From NCBI GenBank assembly GCA_038999435.1, contig JAVZYR010000002.1, positions 1 through 34,433 of the forward strand: 34,433 bases of DNA, in the 5' to 3' direction. Origin of the DNA: Candidatus Aenigmatarchaeota archaeon (GTDB taxonomy: Archaea > Aenigmatarchaeota > Aenigmatarchaeia > QMZP01). Made by a program: the position numbers and the translations under genes. The first letter of the stretch is position 1; each line of letters opens with the position of its first letter. Positions 17,526 through 25,892 of this stretch are shown one piece after another. The notes beneath the pieces are model-generated. The model was not told the DNA's origin and searched no databases. It saw only the letters and a program-made list of their open reading frames with translations.

Positions 17526-19028
17526 TTATTCTATTTCTGATATCAAATTTAATCCATTTATAAATGCCTCAACACTTGCTACAACTATATCTGTTCCAAC
17601 ACTGTTTGCAGTAAAAATTTTTCCTTTACTTTTTAATTTTATATCAACTCTCACAGCTGCATCACTTCCTCCAGTAATTGCATCAACATGATATTCTAAA
17701 AATTCAAATGGAATATCACTGCAGATATTTCTTATCGCATTTATTGCAGCATCAACAGGTCCATCACCTGTGGCTACAGCCTTTTTTTCTACTTGTTTTT
17801 CTCCATCAGTTATCAGTAATGTAACTGATGCCATTGGTTGTGTTACATATCCAGAAAAAGCAGCAAGTCCTCGCAATATAATTTTTTTCTTCCTTGAGAT
17901 ATGCAAAACACTATCAGCAACTTGTTTTACATCATAACTTGTTAGTCTTTTACCTTTATCAGCCATACTTTTTAATTGACTGCAAATTTCATTTATTTTA
18001 TCTTCACTAACTTTAATTTTCATTTCTGATAAAATGCTTTTTATGGTATCTTTTCCCATCAGTTTACCAAGAACAAATTTTCTTTCTGTATTGAAAATTT
18101 TTGGGTTTATAGATTCATAAGTTTTAGGATTTTTTATTATCCCATTAACATGAATTCCTGCTCCATGAGTAAAAGCATTTTCTCCTACAATTGGTTTATT
18201 TTTTGCAATACCAATTCCAGTAATTTTTTCAATTAATGATGACGTTTCTAATATTTTTTTGAAATTTATTTTTACATCATAATTATAAAGAAATTTTAAA
18301 GCCGCTGAAACTTCTTCTAATGCTGCATTTCCTGCTCTCTCCCCAAGCCCAATCATTGTTACATCTACTATATCAGCGCCATTTTTTACTGCAGCTAGTG
18401 TATTTGCAGCTGCTAAACCGAAATCATCATGACAGTGAACACCTAATAAAATTTTTGCCTTTTTACTATTCTTTTCATCTTTTAATACTTGGAAAATTTT
18501 TGAAATTTTTTCTGGTGTTGCAATCCCAACTGTATCCGCAACAGTAAAGCATTCAACATCCAAATTTATAGCCAAATTTATAATTTCTTTTAGAAAATTT
18601 ATATCTGTTCTTGAGCCATCTTCGCAGCACAAATCAACTTTTAAATTATTTTTTTTACAAAATTTAACGCATTCTAAAATTTTTTCTTTTAATTTTTCTC
18701 TTGATATCATCAACTTATACTTTAAATGTAATTGAGATGTAGGTGCGACCAAAAATATCCCGTCAACACCACATTCCAGTGCATAATTAATATCTTTGAT
18801 ATTAAGTCTTGAGAAACTAAAAATTTGTGATTTTAGATTACTCTTAACAATTTCTTTAATTGCTTCTCTTTCCCCCTCACTTGCCACTGCTGAGCCAGCT
18901 TCAATAGCATCAACATTTAATTCATCGATTGCCTGTGCTATTTTAACCTTATCTTTAACACTTAATGCTATTCCAGGCGTTTGTTCCCCATCTCTTAAGG
19001 TGGTATCTAAAAATTTTATCACTTTCAT
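17526..19028 (-). CDS. 2-isopropylmalate / (R)-citramalate / homocitrate synthase family enzyme (LeuA/CimA-like)
   Basis: LDTTLRDGEQTPG, HCHDDFGLAAANTLAAV and GERAGNAALEEV, plus a C-terminal LeuA-type regulatory domain. Markedly lower GC than the flanking nrdD. Confidence 0.85.
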   Translation of the reverse strand: MKVIKFLDTTLRDGEQTPGIALSVKDKVKIAQAIDELNVDAIEAGSAVASEGEREAIKEIVKSNLKSQIFSFSRLNIKDINYALECGVDGIFLVAPTSQLHLKYKLMISREKLKEKILECVKFCKKNNLKVDLCCEDGSRTDINFLKEIINLAINLDVECFTVADTVGIATPEKISKIFQVLKDEKNSKKAKILLGVHCHDDFGLAAANTLAAVKNGADIVDVTMIGLGERAGNAALEEVSAALKFLYNYDVKINFKKILETSSLIEKITGIGIAKNKPIVGENAFTHGAGIHVNGIIKNPKTYESINPKIFNTERKFVLGKLMGKDTIKSILSEMKIKVSEDKINEICSQLKSMADKGKRLTSYDVKQVADSVLHISRKKKIILRGLAAFSGYVTQPMASVTLLITDGEKQVEKKAVATGDGPVDAAINAIRNICSDIPFEFLEYHVDAITGGSDAAVRVDIKLKSKGKIFTANSVGTDIVVASVEAFINGLNLISEIE

Positions 19029-19201
19029 ACTATTTAAGATAAAATTGTAAAATTTAAATTATTCTTTTTGATATTGCCTTTACCAAGTTTTCGCCATCTG
19101 CTTCTATTCCTGTATATGCAAGTTCATAAATATAACATAAATCCTGCTTAATTTCCCTAAGGGGTTAAATATTTAAATTTTACTTCTCATAAGTAATAAT
19201 T

Positions 19202-20179
19202 ATGACAATCACAGACCTAACAAAGGTTAGAGCAAGAAGGCCTCTAGAACAAGCTATAATCTTAAATAGAGCAATAGAGAGGACCTTTCCCGTGTCCAAA
19301 GAGCCTGATGAAAGCGAGATTTTAGATCCAAGATATGTAGTTGCAGAGATATGTCCACACGAAGGAAAAAAGCTTGTCAAGATTGTAAAAAAGGAAAGGG
19401 AACTCGATTTTAAAAACATGGTGTTAGCAGAAGGTATAAATCAAGAAGGCAATCTTTTAAAGCTTTATAATGATAAGCTTGAGTTTCTTAACAACATAAA
19501 AGGCATGCTTGGGGCAAAATATGATGAGATGAGAGAGGAAGTAAATAATTATTATAATCAACTTGAAAACCTTTATAAAAAATATGATTTTTTGTTTAGG
19601 GGCGGAAGTGCTGTAGAAAATTTTACAATAAAAACATTCACAAATGAGAAAAAAAAGACATTGGAAGAATTTGATAAGAAAAAAGACAGATTTCATAAAT
19701 ATTTGTTCAGCCAGATTCAACCTGAAGTTGCAGAATGGATTAAAAATCATCTTGAATGTGTACTTCTTCCTGGTGTTGTGCTTGGTAGAAGTAAAGGTTG
19801 TGATATTGTCCTGCCCGAATCTGATAATACAGTTTCAAGGGTTCATGGGATGATAGAAAAAGAAAAAGATAGGATAGTTTACAGACATTTAGGATGGCAT
19901 GGAACCAAGGCGATAAGATTTTGTGCAGATAAAAAAGGTAAATTTGGATACATCCCTGATGAGATTGATTCTGGTATGCTGATAAATCTAAATGAATTAA
20001 ATCACCAGCTATGCTACATATTTCCAGGTATAATAAGTTCAAAAATTGCTAGCGATGCAAAGAATATGATAAAAATTATATATGGTTACGAAAACCCTCT
20101 ATCATATATTGCTATAGAGAAATGGCCCATTGATGCTGAGCCCAACAAGGATGTGAGGAGGTTTGGCTATGTCAAGTGA
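19202..20179 (+). CDS. Hypothetical protein with C-terminal FHA-like domain
   Basis: 325 aa. VVLGRSKGCDIVLPESDNTVSRVHGMIEKEKDRIVYRHLGWHGTKAI fits the FHA pattern (GR...SRxH...G-T), but the usual SxNG is replaced by GWHG. The N-terminal 190 aa are unrecognised. Confidence 0.55.
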   Translation: MTITDLTKVRARRPLEQAIILNRAIERTFPVSKEPDESEILDPRYVVAEICPHEGKKLVKIVKKERELDFKNMVLAEGINQEGNLLKLYNDKLEFLNNIKGMLGAKYDEMREEVNNYYNQLENLYKKYDFLFRGGSAVENFTIKTFTNEKKKTLEEFDKKKDRFHKYLFSQIQPEVAEWIKNHLECVLLPGVVLGRSKGCDIVLPESDNTVSRVHGMIEKEKDRIVYRHLGWHGTKAIRFCADKKGKFGYIPDEIDSGMLINLNELNHQLCYIFPGIISSKIASDAKNMIKIIYGYENPLSYIAIEKWPIDAEPNKDVRRFGYVK

Positions 20180-21077
20180 TACAAAAGTTGAGATAAGAAA
20201 AAGCAATTTCAATTTTAGGGAAGGGATATTAGAAAATCCAACTGATGTTTATGTTTATTTTTCAACAAGACTGATAAGAGAAAGAGGGGATACATCATAT
20301 TGTGTAAAAAAGGGGGAATGGTCCTATCCTATGTCAAATGGAAAGATTATACACATGAATCTAAAAAATATTGCAAGAAATAAAAAACTTGTCATAGGAA
20401 GAACCAAAAAGCCATTTCCAAGTATAGAAAATAATTATCTTGGTCTAGAAAACAGTGAAAAAATATCTGCAATAAACGAGACAAATAATGCATTGCAATA
20501 TCTACCCGATTTTGAAACAAGGAATTATGAAGAGCTTATACTCGAATATCTGAGAGATAATTTTTATGTCCCAACAGAGGATATAGATATACCGCTAAAT
20601 TGGTTTAATGATGATGGGATAAGCAGAAGGCATGGTGAGTTTTATTTTTTGAGGAGGGATAACAAAACAGGATTATATTTTTATGATATGAGTAGGAATG
20701 GTGTGATGTTGTGTGTTAAAGGGGATAAGAAAAAACTGGAAGAATTCATTGATGAAATTGTCAGGGAATACTCAATAGACAGACAAGAAGGAATTGAGGA
20801 TTTGATAGAGCCAGACCAATTCAATTCTTATATAAACAGAATTGGTGATATGGCAACAAAAAATCAGCAAATAACAGTTTACAGCATAATTAACAATACA
20901 GTTTTTACAGAAAAGTATATGCCACATATAGAAAGTGAAAAGATCCAAAGATTATATCATTTACCAATATTGCTTGATTTTGAAAATAGAAACTATAGCA
21001 TGCTTTTCTTAGGTTCGGTGAAGGATAAAAACTACAAAAACAGATTGATAATTTCAAATACCCCTTTAAAATTTTAG
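20169..21077 (+). CDS. Hypothetical protein with FHA-like domain
   Basis: ATG at 20169 lies 8 nt after GAGGAGG and overlaps the upstream gene by 11 nt. GISRRHGEFYFLRRDNKTGLYFYDMSRNGVMLCVKG matches the FHA core (SRRH...DxSxNG). A candidate GR (LVIGRTKK) lies about 70 aa upstream. Confidence 0.5.
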   Translation: MSSDTKVEIRKSNFNFREGILENPTDVYVYFSTRLIRERGDTSYCVKKGEWSYPMSNGKIIHMNLKNIARNKKLVIGRTKKPFPSIENNYLGLENSEKISAINETNNALQYLPDFETRNYEELILEYLRDNFYVPTEDIDIPLNWFNDDGISRRHGEFYFLRRDNKTGLYFYDMSRNGVMLCVKGDKKKLEEFIDEIVREYSIDRQEGIEDLIEPDQFNSYINRIGDMATKNQQITVYSIINNTVFTEKYMPHIESEKIQRLYHLPILLDFENRNYSMLFLGSVKDKNYKNRLIISNTPLKF

Positions 21078-21090
21078 GATAAATATTTAG

Positions 21091-21780
21091 ATGATACGTG
21101 GTATACAAAAAGTATCTTTTATTGATTGGCCTGGAAAGGTATGTACAGTGCTGTTTGTCGGAGGATGTAATTTCCGGTGCCCATTTTGCCAAAATCCAGA
21201 ACTTGTGCTAAGCCCAGAGAACTTGCCAAATATAAGTGAGGATGAATTGATGGTATTTCTTAAAGAGAGGCAGGGATGGATAGATGGCGTTTGTATAACA
21301 GGAGGGGAACCAACAATATGGGCAGGACTACCACAGTTAGTTCAAAAGATAAAATCACTTGGTCTTGGCATAAAGCTTGATACAAATGGGAGTATGCCTG
21401 ATGTGATTGAGAAAATGATAGATAAAAAAATGCTAGATTATATAGCCATGGACATCAAGGGCCCGATTGAAAAATATGAAAAGATTACAAGGACAAATAT
21501 TGATACAGAGAAAATAAAAAGGTCTGTTGAGCTAATCAGAAAATCTGGCATACCTTATGAATTCAGATCAACGGTGCTACCAAAACTGCACAGCAAGGAA
21601 GATATATTAAAGATAGCAAAATGGCTTAAAGGGGCTGAACGTTTTGTTCTTCAGCAATTCAGACCTGAGAAGACAATCGACCCTACATTTCAAGCTGAAA
21701 AGCCATTTACAAAAGAAGAGCTTGAGGAGTTTAAAAAGGCATTAAAACCATATTTTAAAATTATAGAGGTGAGAGCATGA
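21091..21780 (+). CDS. nrdG: Anaerobic ribonucleotide reductase activating protein (radical SAM)
   Basis: SFIDWPGK, CNFRCPFCQN (CxxxCxxC), ITGGEPT. 229 aa. Confidence 0.88.
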   Translation: MIRGIQKVSFIDWPGKVCTVLFVGGCNFRCPFCQNPELVLSPENLPNISEDELMVFLKERQGWIDGVCITGGEPTIWAGLPQLVQKIKSLGLGIKLDTNGSMPDVIEKMIDKKMLDYIAMDIKGPIEKYEKITRTNIDTEKIKRSVELIRKSGIPYEFRSTVLPKLHSKEDILKIAKWLKGAERFVLQQFRPEKTIDPTFQAEKPFTKEELEEFKKALKPYFKIIEVRA

Positions 21781-22001
21781 AGAAAGGCATAACAAAGGAT
21801 ATGACCTTAGGAGAGATTGTGCGCAGGTATCCTGAGGTTTTGGATATCATGTTCAAATATGGCTTACACTGTCCAACTTGTCCTGTTGCTGCTATGGAAA
21901 GCTTGGAAGCAGGCGCAAAAGGGCATGGCATTGATGAGAGAAGATTGAATAAAATGCTCGAGGAAATGAATCTAAAAATAAAAAAGGGTAAGGAGAAATA
22001 G
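21777..22001 (+). CDS. DUF1858-type small redox-disulfide protein (hybrid-cluster-protein-associated family)
   Basis: ATGA overlap with the nrdG stop. MTLGEIVRRYPEVLDIMFKYGLHCPTCPVAAMESLEAGAKGHGID carries a CPTC motif. Confidence 0.7.
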   Translation: MKKGITKDMTLGEIVRRYPEVLDIMFKYGLHCPTCPVAAMESLEAGAKGHGIDERRLNKMLEEMNLKIKKGKEK

Positions 22002-22005
22002 AATT

Positions 22006-22572
22006 ATGTATTATATTGCAACAATCAAGGGAAAGGTGAGCGTGCATCCGAGCAAATTCGAAATGTCAAAAAAGGATGCCATCAAAACAAGCCTTGAGGA
22101 GAAGCTCGAAGGTTTGGTTGACAAACAAATAGGTATAATCCTTGCTGTCACGCGTGTTGGGGAGATAGAAGAGGCAAAGATATATCCAGGTAATGGTTCT
22201 TTACACTATCCAGTTGAATTTGATGTGCTTGTATACTATCCTGAGGAACATGAAATCGTGATTGGTGATGTTATAGATGTCACAGAGTTTGGCGTTTTCG
22301 TACGAATCGGTCCACTTGATGGAATGATACATGTTTCACAGTTGATGGATGATTTTGTTTCATTTGATTCAAAGAATGCAATGTTTGTTGGTAGAGAGAC
22401 AAAATGGACCTTAAAAGAGGGGGATATTGTGAGGGCAAGGATAATATCTGTTTCGCTTGGCAAGGAATATAAAATAGGTCTGACAACACGCCAACCAGGG
22501 CTTGGTGGCTTACACTGGAAGGCAAGAAAAAAAGAGGTTGGAAAGCCTGTAAAAAAGGCTAAAAAGAGATAA
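22006..22572 (+). CDS. rpo7: DNA-directed RNA polymerase subunit E' (Rpo7)
   Basis: N-terminal Rpb7-like domain plus an S1 domain (GDVIDVTEFGVFVRIGPLDGMIHVSQLMDD). Typical position upstream of spt4. Confidence 0.9.
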   Translation: MYYIATIKGKVSVHPSKFEMSKKDAIKTSLEEKLEGLVDKQIGIILAVTRVGEIEEAKIYPGNGSLHYPVEFDVLVYYPEEHEIVIGDVIDVTEFGVFVRIGPLDGMIHVSQLMDDFVSFDSKNAMFVGRETKWTLKEGDIVRARIISVSLGKEYKIGLTTRQPGLGGLHWKARKKEVGKPVKKAKKR

Positions 22573-22573
22573 C

Positions 22574-22774
22574 ATGGTAGAAAAGGAGAAGGTTTGTAAA
22601 AATTGCAAGATTTTTGTAAAGGGTGATAAGTGCCCTATCTGTCAGGGAACAGATTTTTCAAAGACATGGAAGGGGGTTGTTTATATATCTGACCCTGATT
22701 CTGAGATTGCAAAATTACTCGGGTTCAAGGTCCCTGGTAAATATTGCATTTGGGTTAAAACAAAGCCGGTGTAA
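22574..22774 (+). CDS. spt4: Transcription elongation factor Spt4 (RpoE'')
   Basis: 66 aa with zinc ribbon CKNC...CPIC, then WKGVVYISDPDSEIAKLLG. Conserved rpo7-spt4 pairing. Confidence 0.8.
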   Translation: MVEKEKVCKNCKIFVKGDKCPICQGTDFSKTWKGVVYISDPDSEIAKLLGFKVPGKYCIWVKTKPV

Positions 22775-22930
22775 TCTTATTATTGAAAAATGGTATTTTT
22801 AATCTAATCATCAGGTAGGGCAAGCCCTGTTTGTATATGATAACCAAACATAACTTTGGTTAGGTATGATATTACTAGATTTTAGAAGAAATATAAACAA
22901 GTTTATAAAATAGCCAAACTATTAAAGAAT

Positions 22931-23248
22931 ATGAAACTTGAAGTTGTTCAGGAAAGGGACAATCCTATACTAAAAAGAAAGGAATTGCTGTTAAACATAG
23001 AACATACTGGAAAGGCAACACCTACAAGGGTTGAGTTACTCCCAGTTATAGCAAAACAGGTAAATGTAGATGAAAAGCATATTATCATCGATTATATAAG
23101 AACATCTACAGGCACAAATAACTCATTGGTTAAGGTACAAATCTATCAAAATATTGAGAATATACCAAGGGAAAAGACGATGAAAATGGCAAAGAGGACA
23201 AAGGTAAAGGCATCAGAGAAAACCGAAGAGGCTAAAAAGGAGGAATAA
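22931..23248 (+). CDS. rps24e: 30S ribosomal protein S24e
   Basis: [25 protein letters not shown]... with a Lys/Glu-rich tail. Followed by S27ae, as in most archaea. Confidence 0.9.
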   Translation: MKLEVVQERDNPILKRKELLLNIEHTGKATPTRVELLPVIAKQVNVDEKHIIIDYIRTSTGTNNSLVKVQIYQNIENIPREKTMKMAKRTKVKASEKTEEAKKEE

Positions 23249-23249
23249 A

Positions 23250-23465
23250 ATGGGAGAAAGGAAAGTAAAGAGAAAGGGAAAAAAGACGAGAAAAGGAAGA
23301 AAACATGAAGCAAGCAAGATTTACAAAATATACAAAATAGAGGCAGGAAAAATAAAGAGGGAAAGACGGACATGCCCAAGGTGTGGTGCTGGTGTTTTTT
23401 TGGCTGAACACAAAGGAAGGTTATATTGTGGAAGATGTGCATATACAGAGATTGAAAAAGGTTGA
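23250..23465 (+). CDS. rps27ae: 30S ribosomal protein S27ae
   Basis: Basic N-terminus and zinc ribbon [29 protein letters not shown] lies upstream. Confidence 0.85.
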   Translation: MGERKVKRKGKKTRKGRKHEASKIYKIYKIEAGKIKRERRTCPRCGAGVFLAEHKGRLYCGRCAYTEIEKG

Positions 23466-24095
23466 TTATCTATTCCGTCCTATCACAATTCTTTTGTAAT
23501 TATATATGCAAACACTTTCAAAAATATTTTTAAATTCATAAATCTCCTCGTTTTTCAAAATCTCAAATTCACTTTTTACTAATCTCTTTTCAACTTCATC
23601 AGCTGGAACATCTTCTTCTGTTGTGTAAACAATCACTATCCCATCTTTTTTCATATTTGGCTTGAGCGCATGTTCAATAGGGCCAAGTATGTATTCTCCA
23701 TCAAGCTTCACACCGTTATAAAAATAATTCATCAATATATTTCTATTTGGTCCTGGTGCAAAGAGTGTTACAAGCCCAAACTTGTCTATGCCAAATTCAT
23801 CGGCAATAGATCGAAGGTCATTTTGGCCATATATCCATTTTTTCTTAAATTCGATCTTATCATTATAGGTATGTTTAATTTTTTCCCATCTTCTCAAGTA
23901 GGTAGACTCTGGGTCACCATCAATGGCTATCAATTTTTTGATTTTTTTATCAAGTACTGACATCATAGCATCTGCATAAGGCATCCATCCACACCCAATA
24001 TCACAAGCATATATATTGGATGGTATGAAAGGGAGATTCTTCGCAAGTATTTTATAAAATTTTTTATTAAATTCATTTAACACATTTTTTGACAT
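23466..24095 (-). CDS. Putative class I SAM-dependent methyltransferase-like protein
   Basis: Motif I-like ACDIGCGWMP, an acidic residue after beta-2 (LIAIDGD), and LVTLFAPGP. Low GC. Its end abuts the rps27ae stop with no spacer. Confidence 0.45.
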   Translation of the reverse strand: MSKNVLNEFNKKFYKILAKNLPFIPSNIYACDIGCGWMPYADAMMSVLDKKIKKLIAIDGDPESTYLRRWEKIKHTYNDKIEFKKKWIYGQNDLRSIADEFGIDKFGLVTLFAPGPNRNILMNYFYNGVKLDGEYILGPIEHALKPNMKKDGIVIVYTTEEDVPADEVEKRLVKSEFEILKNEEIYEFKNIFESVCIYNYKRIVIGRNR

Positions 24096-24116
24096 AAAGA
24101 TTTTTTAAGTAAAAGT

Positions 24117-24635
24117 TTAAATTCTTTCAAGCTCTTTGTAGGCATATGCATGTGTTTTTCCAGCAAGCAGCGCCTCTATCACTCTACATGCTGTTTCAAG
24201 TCCTTCACCTTCTCCAATCACAGCAACACTTGAACCATATACTGATACAAGTGTTCCGGTTGCACCTTCTATATAACGGCGTGCAGCGCCTGCCCTGCCT
24301 ATAACTCTTCCCATAAGCCTTTTGATGCATTTCTCGCTTTCACCCTTTATGCTTATAATCTCAAGACGCCATCCTGGTTTAAGTAGATTATATGCCCGTT
24401 CAGGGCTGAATCCTCTTCCTATTGCTTTTGTTATGTTTGTTGCAATTTCAACGCCTTCTGCAGGGCCTGTTATCTCTATTGTTTCATCTTTTATATTTAA
24501 TCTAACACCAAGCTTCTTTTGAATAAATTTTTTTACCTCTCCTTTTTTTCCAATCAGAACTGCAATCCTTTCTTCTGGTATTTTAACAATCTCTGATGCA
24601 AAAAGTCTTTTACCAACGAGTTTGTATTTTGTCAT
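24117..24635 (-). CDS. Two-KH-domain RNA-binding protein (Dim2/Pno1-like)
   Basis: VLIGKKGEVKKFI and GRVIGRAGAARRYIE (GxxG loops). Overlaps the aIF-1A stop by 4 nt. Confidence 0.8.
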   Translation of the reverse strand: MTKYKLVGKRLFASEIVKIPEERIAVLIGKKGEVKKFIQKKLGVRLNIKDETIEITGPAEGVEIATNITKAIGRGFSPERAYNLLKPGWRLEIISIKGESEKCIKRLMGRVIGRAGAARRYIEGATGTLVSVYGSSVAVIGEGEGLETACRVIEALLAGKTHAYAYKELERI

Positions 24636-24913
24636 TTAATATAGCCTTTGTTCCTCAACCATGTTGCATGTGTTTTTGTGTATATCCACAGGATATCACC
24701 TTTTTCTGTGCTCTCCACTTCCCATGGCTCAATAAGTACGACATCACCAATATTTATGTTTGCTTTTTTTCTAAATTTTCCTGGTATTCGGCATATCCTT
24801 TTGTAGCCATCTGTACATGCAACTTTAAATCTCGAGCCGAGCATCTCCTCTATCACACCCAAAACTTGCCTACCTTCTGGCAATCTCACCCTTATGGGTT
24901 CTTCCTCTACCAT
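24632..24913 (-). CDS. eif1a: Translation initiation factor aIF-1A
   Basis: S1-like OB fold: RVRLPEGRQVLGVIEEMLGSRFKVACTDGYKRICRIPGKFRKK..IGDVVLIEPWEV. Confidence 0.9.
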   Translation of the reverse strand: MVEEEPIRVRLPEGRQVLGVIEEMLGSRFKVACTDGYKRICRIPGKFRKKANINIGDVVLIEPWEVESTEKGDILWIYTKTHATWLRNKGYIK

Positions 24914-24915
24914 AT

Positions 24916-25857
24916 TTAATATCTATATCCAAGCATAAGTTCTATACTTATTGGTTGAAAGAAATCATCATCTATGATTTTGAAGAATACGAACTTTACA
25001 GGTCTTACCATTTCACGTGAACCGATGGAAAATCCATTTTTTGATGCTGCCCATATCACTACTGCTTGCAACAACTCATCATAGCCATCACATGTTTTTT
25101 CTGGCAGCCATGCTGTGCTATTGGTGAGCACAAGCCCGCCTGCATCATTTTCAAAAATCAATATCGACTTTGCATCTGTGCTTGCTGATACATTACTTGC
25201 AAAACTAAAATTCCATGGTTCAGGCCATGTTTGGCCTGTGCTATTTTTTGCTGCATGGAAATAGTTGTAAATAGGCCATTCGTGCTCTTTAGGGGTAATA
25301 GCCCAACTTGCATTTCCAGTATTTTGGCCTGACCAAGTTAATCCAAAAATATCACTTTGCACATCATCAATTTCAAATTCATTTGAAAAATCTCTTGCTT
25401 CAACCACAAACTTACCTTTATTTATAAAATCGCTTATTGCATCCTTTGTCAATCCATGGTTTCCAACAAGGAGAACAACCTGACAACTTCCTGTTAAACT
25501 TGTTATCGAAAATTGTATATGCTCTTTGTTTAATGTCTGCCCTCTTAACCTTTGTGAAGTCCATCCTTCATTGTTTGTGCACACAGCTATGCTTTCAGGA
25601 GGTGCACTGATGTTGATATGATAAACTATATTCTCTGGAAGGATTTGTTGCATTTTATATTCTATCTCTGTTCTATTAAGCCAATTTATACCAGAGGCAT
25701 CAAGGCTGAAGAGCATGTCCCATCCAAGAAGCTTTAGTTTTGCCTTTTCCCAATCTGATGTAGTACTTGGAAGGAATGAGAATTGAGAGAGGATTGTAAA
25801 TAGCAACAATCCAATTATCATAACCTCAACAACATGTACAAAGCCTCTCATAAACAT
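24916..25857 (-). CDS. Secreted protein with possible class III (type IV pilin-like) signal peptide, N-glycosylation sequon rich
   Basis: N-terminus MFMRG/FVHVVEVMIIGLLLFTILSQF has a basic-Gly cleavage-type motif followed by a hydrophobic helix. At least seven N-x-S/T sequons. No family recognised for the body. Confidence 0.4.
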   Translation of the reverse strand: MFMRGFVHVVEVMIIGLLLFTILSQFSFLPSTTSDWEKAKLKLLGWDMLFSLDASGINWLNRTEIEYKMQQILPENIVYHINISAPPESIAVCTNNEGWTSQRLRGQTLNKEHIQFSITSLTGSCQVVLLVGNHGLTKDAISDFINKGKFVVEARDFSNEFEIDDVQSDIFGLTWSGQNTGNASWAITPKEHEWPIYNYFHAAKNSTGQTWPEPWNFSFASNVSASTDAKSILIFENDAGGLVLTNSTAWLPEKTCDGYDELLQAVVIWAASKNGFSIGSREMVRPVKFVFFKIIDDDFFQPISIELMLGYRY

Positions 25858-25892
25858 TTAAATATTGCAAATAATTATTAAAAGAGGTCAGA

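Noticed and set aside
23146-23442. 98-aa minus-strand ORF opposite rps24e/rps27ae
   Set aside because: It is a Phe/Ser/Leu-rich mirror of the Lys/Glu-rich ribosomal protein tails, and both ribosomal genes are unambiguous.
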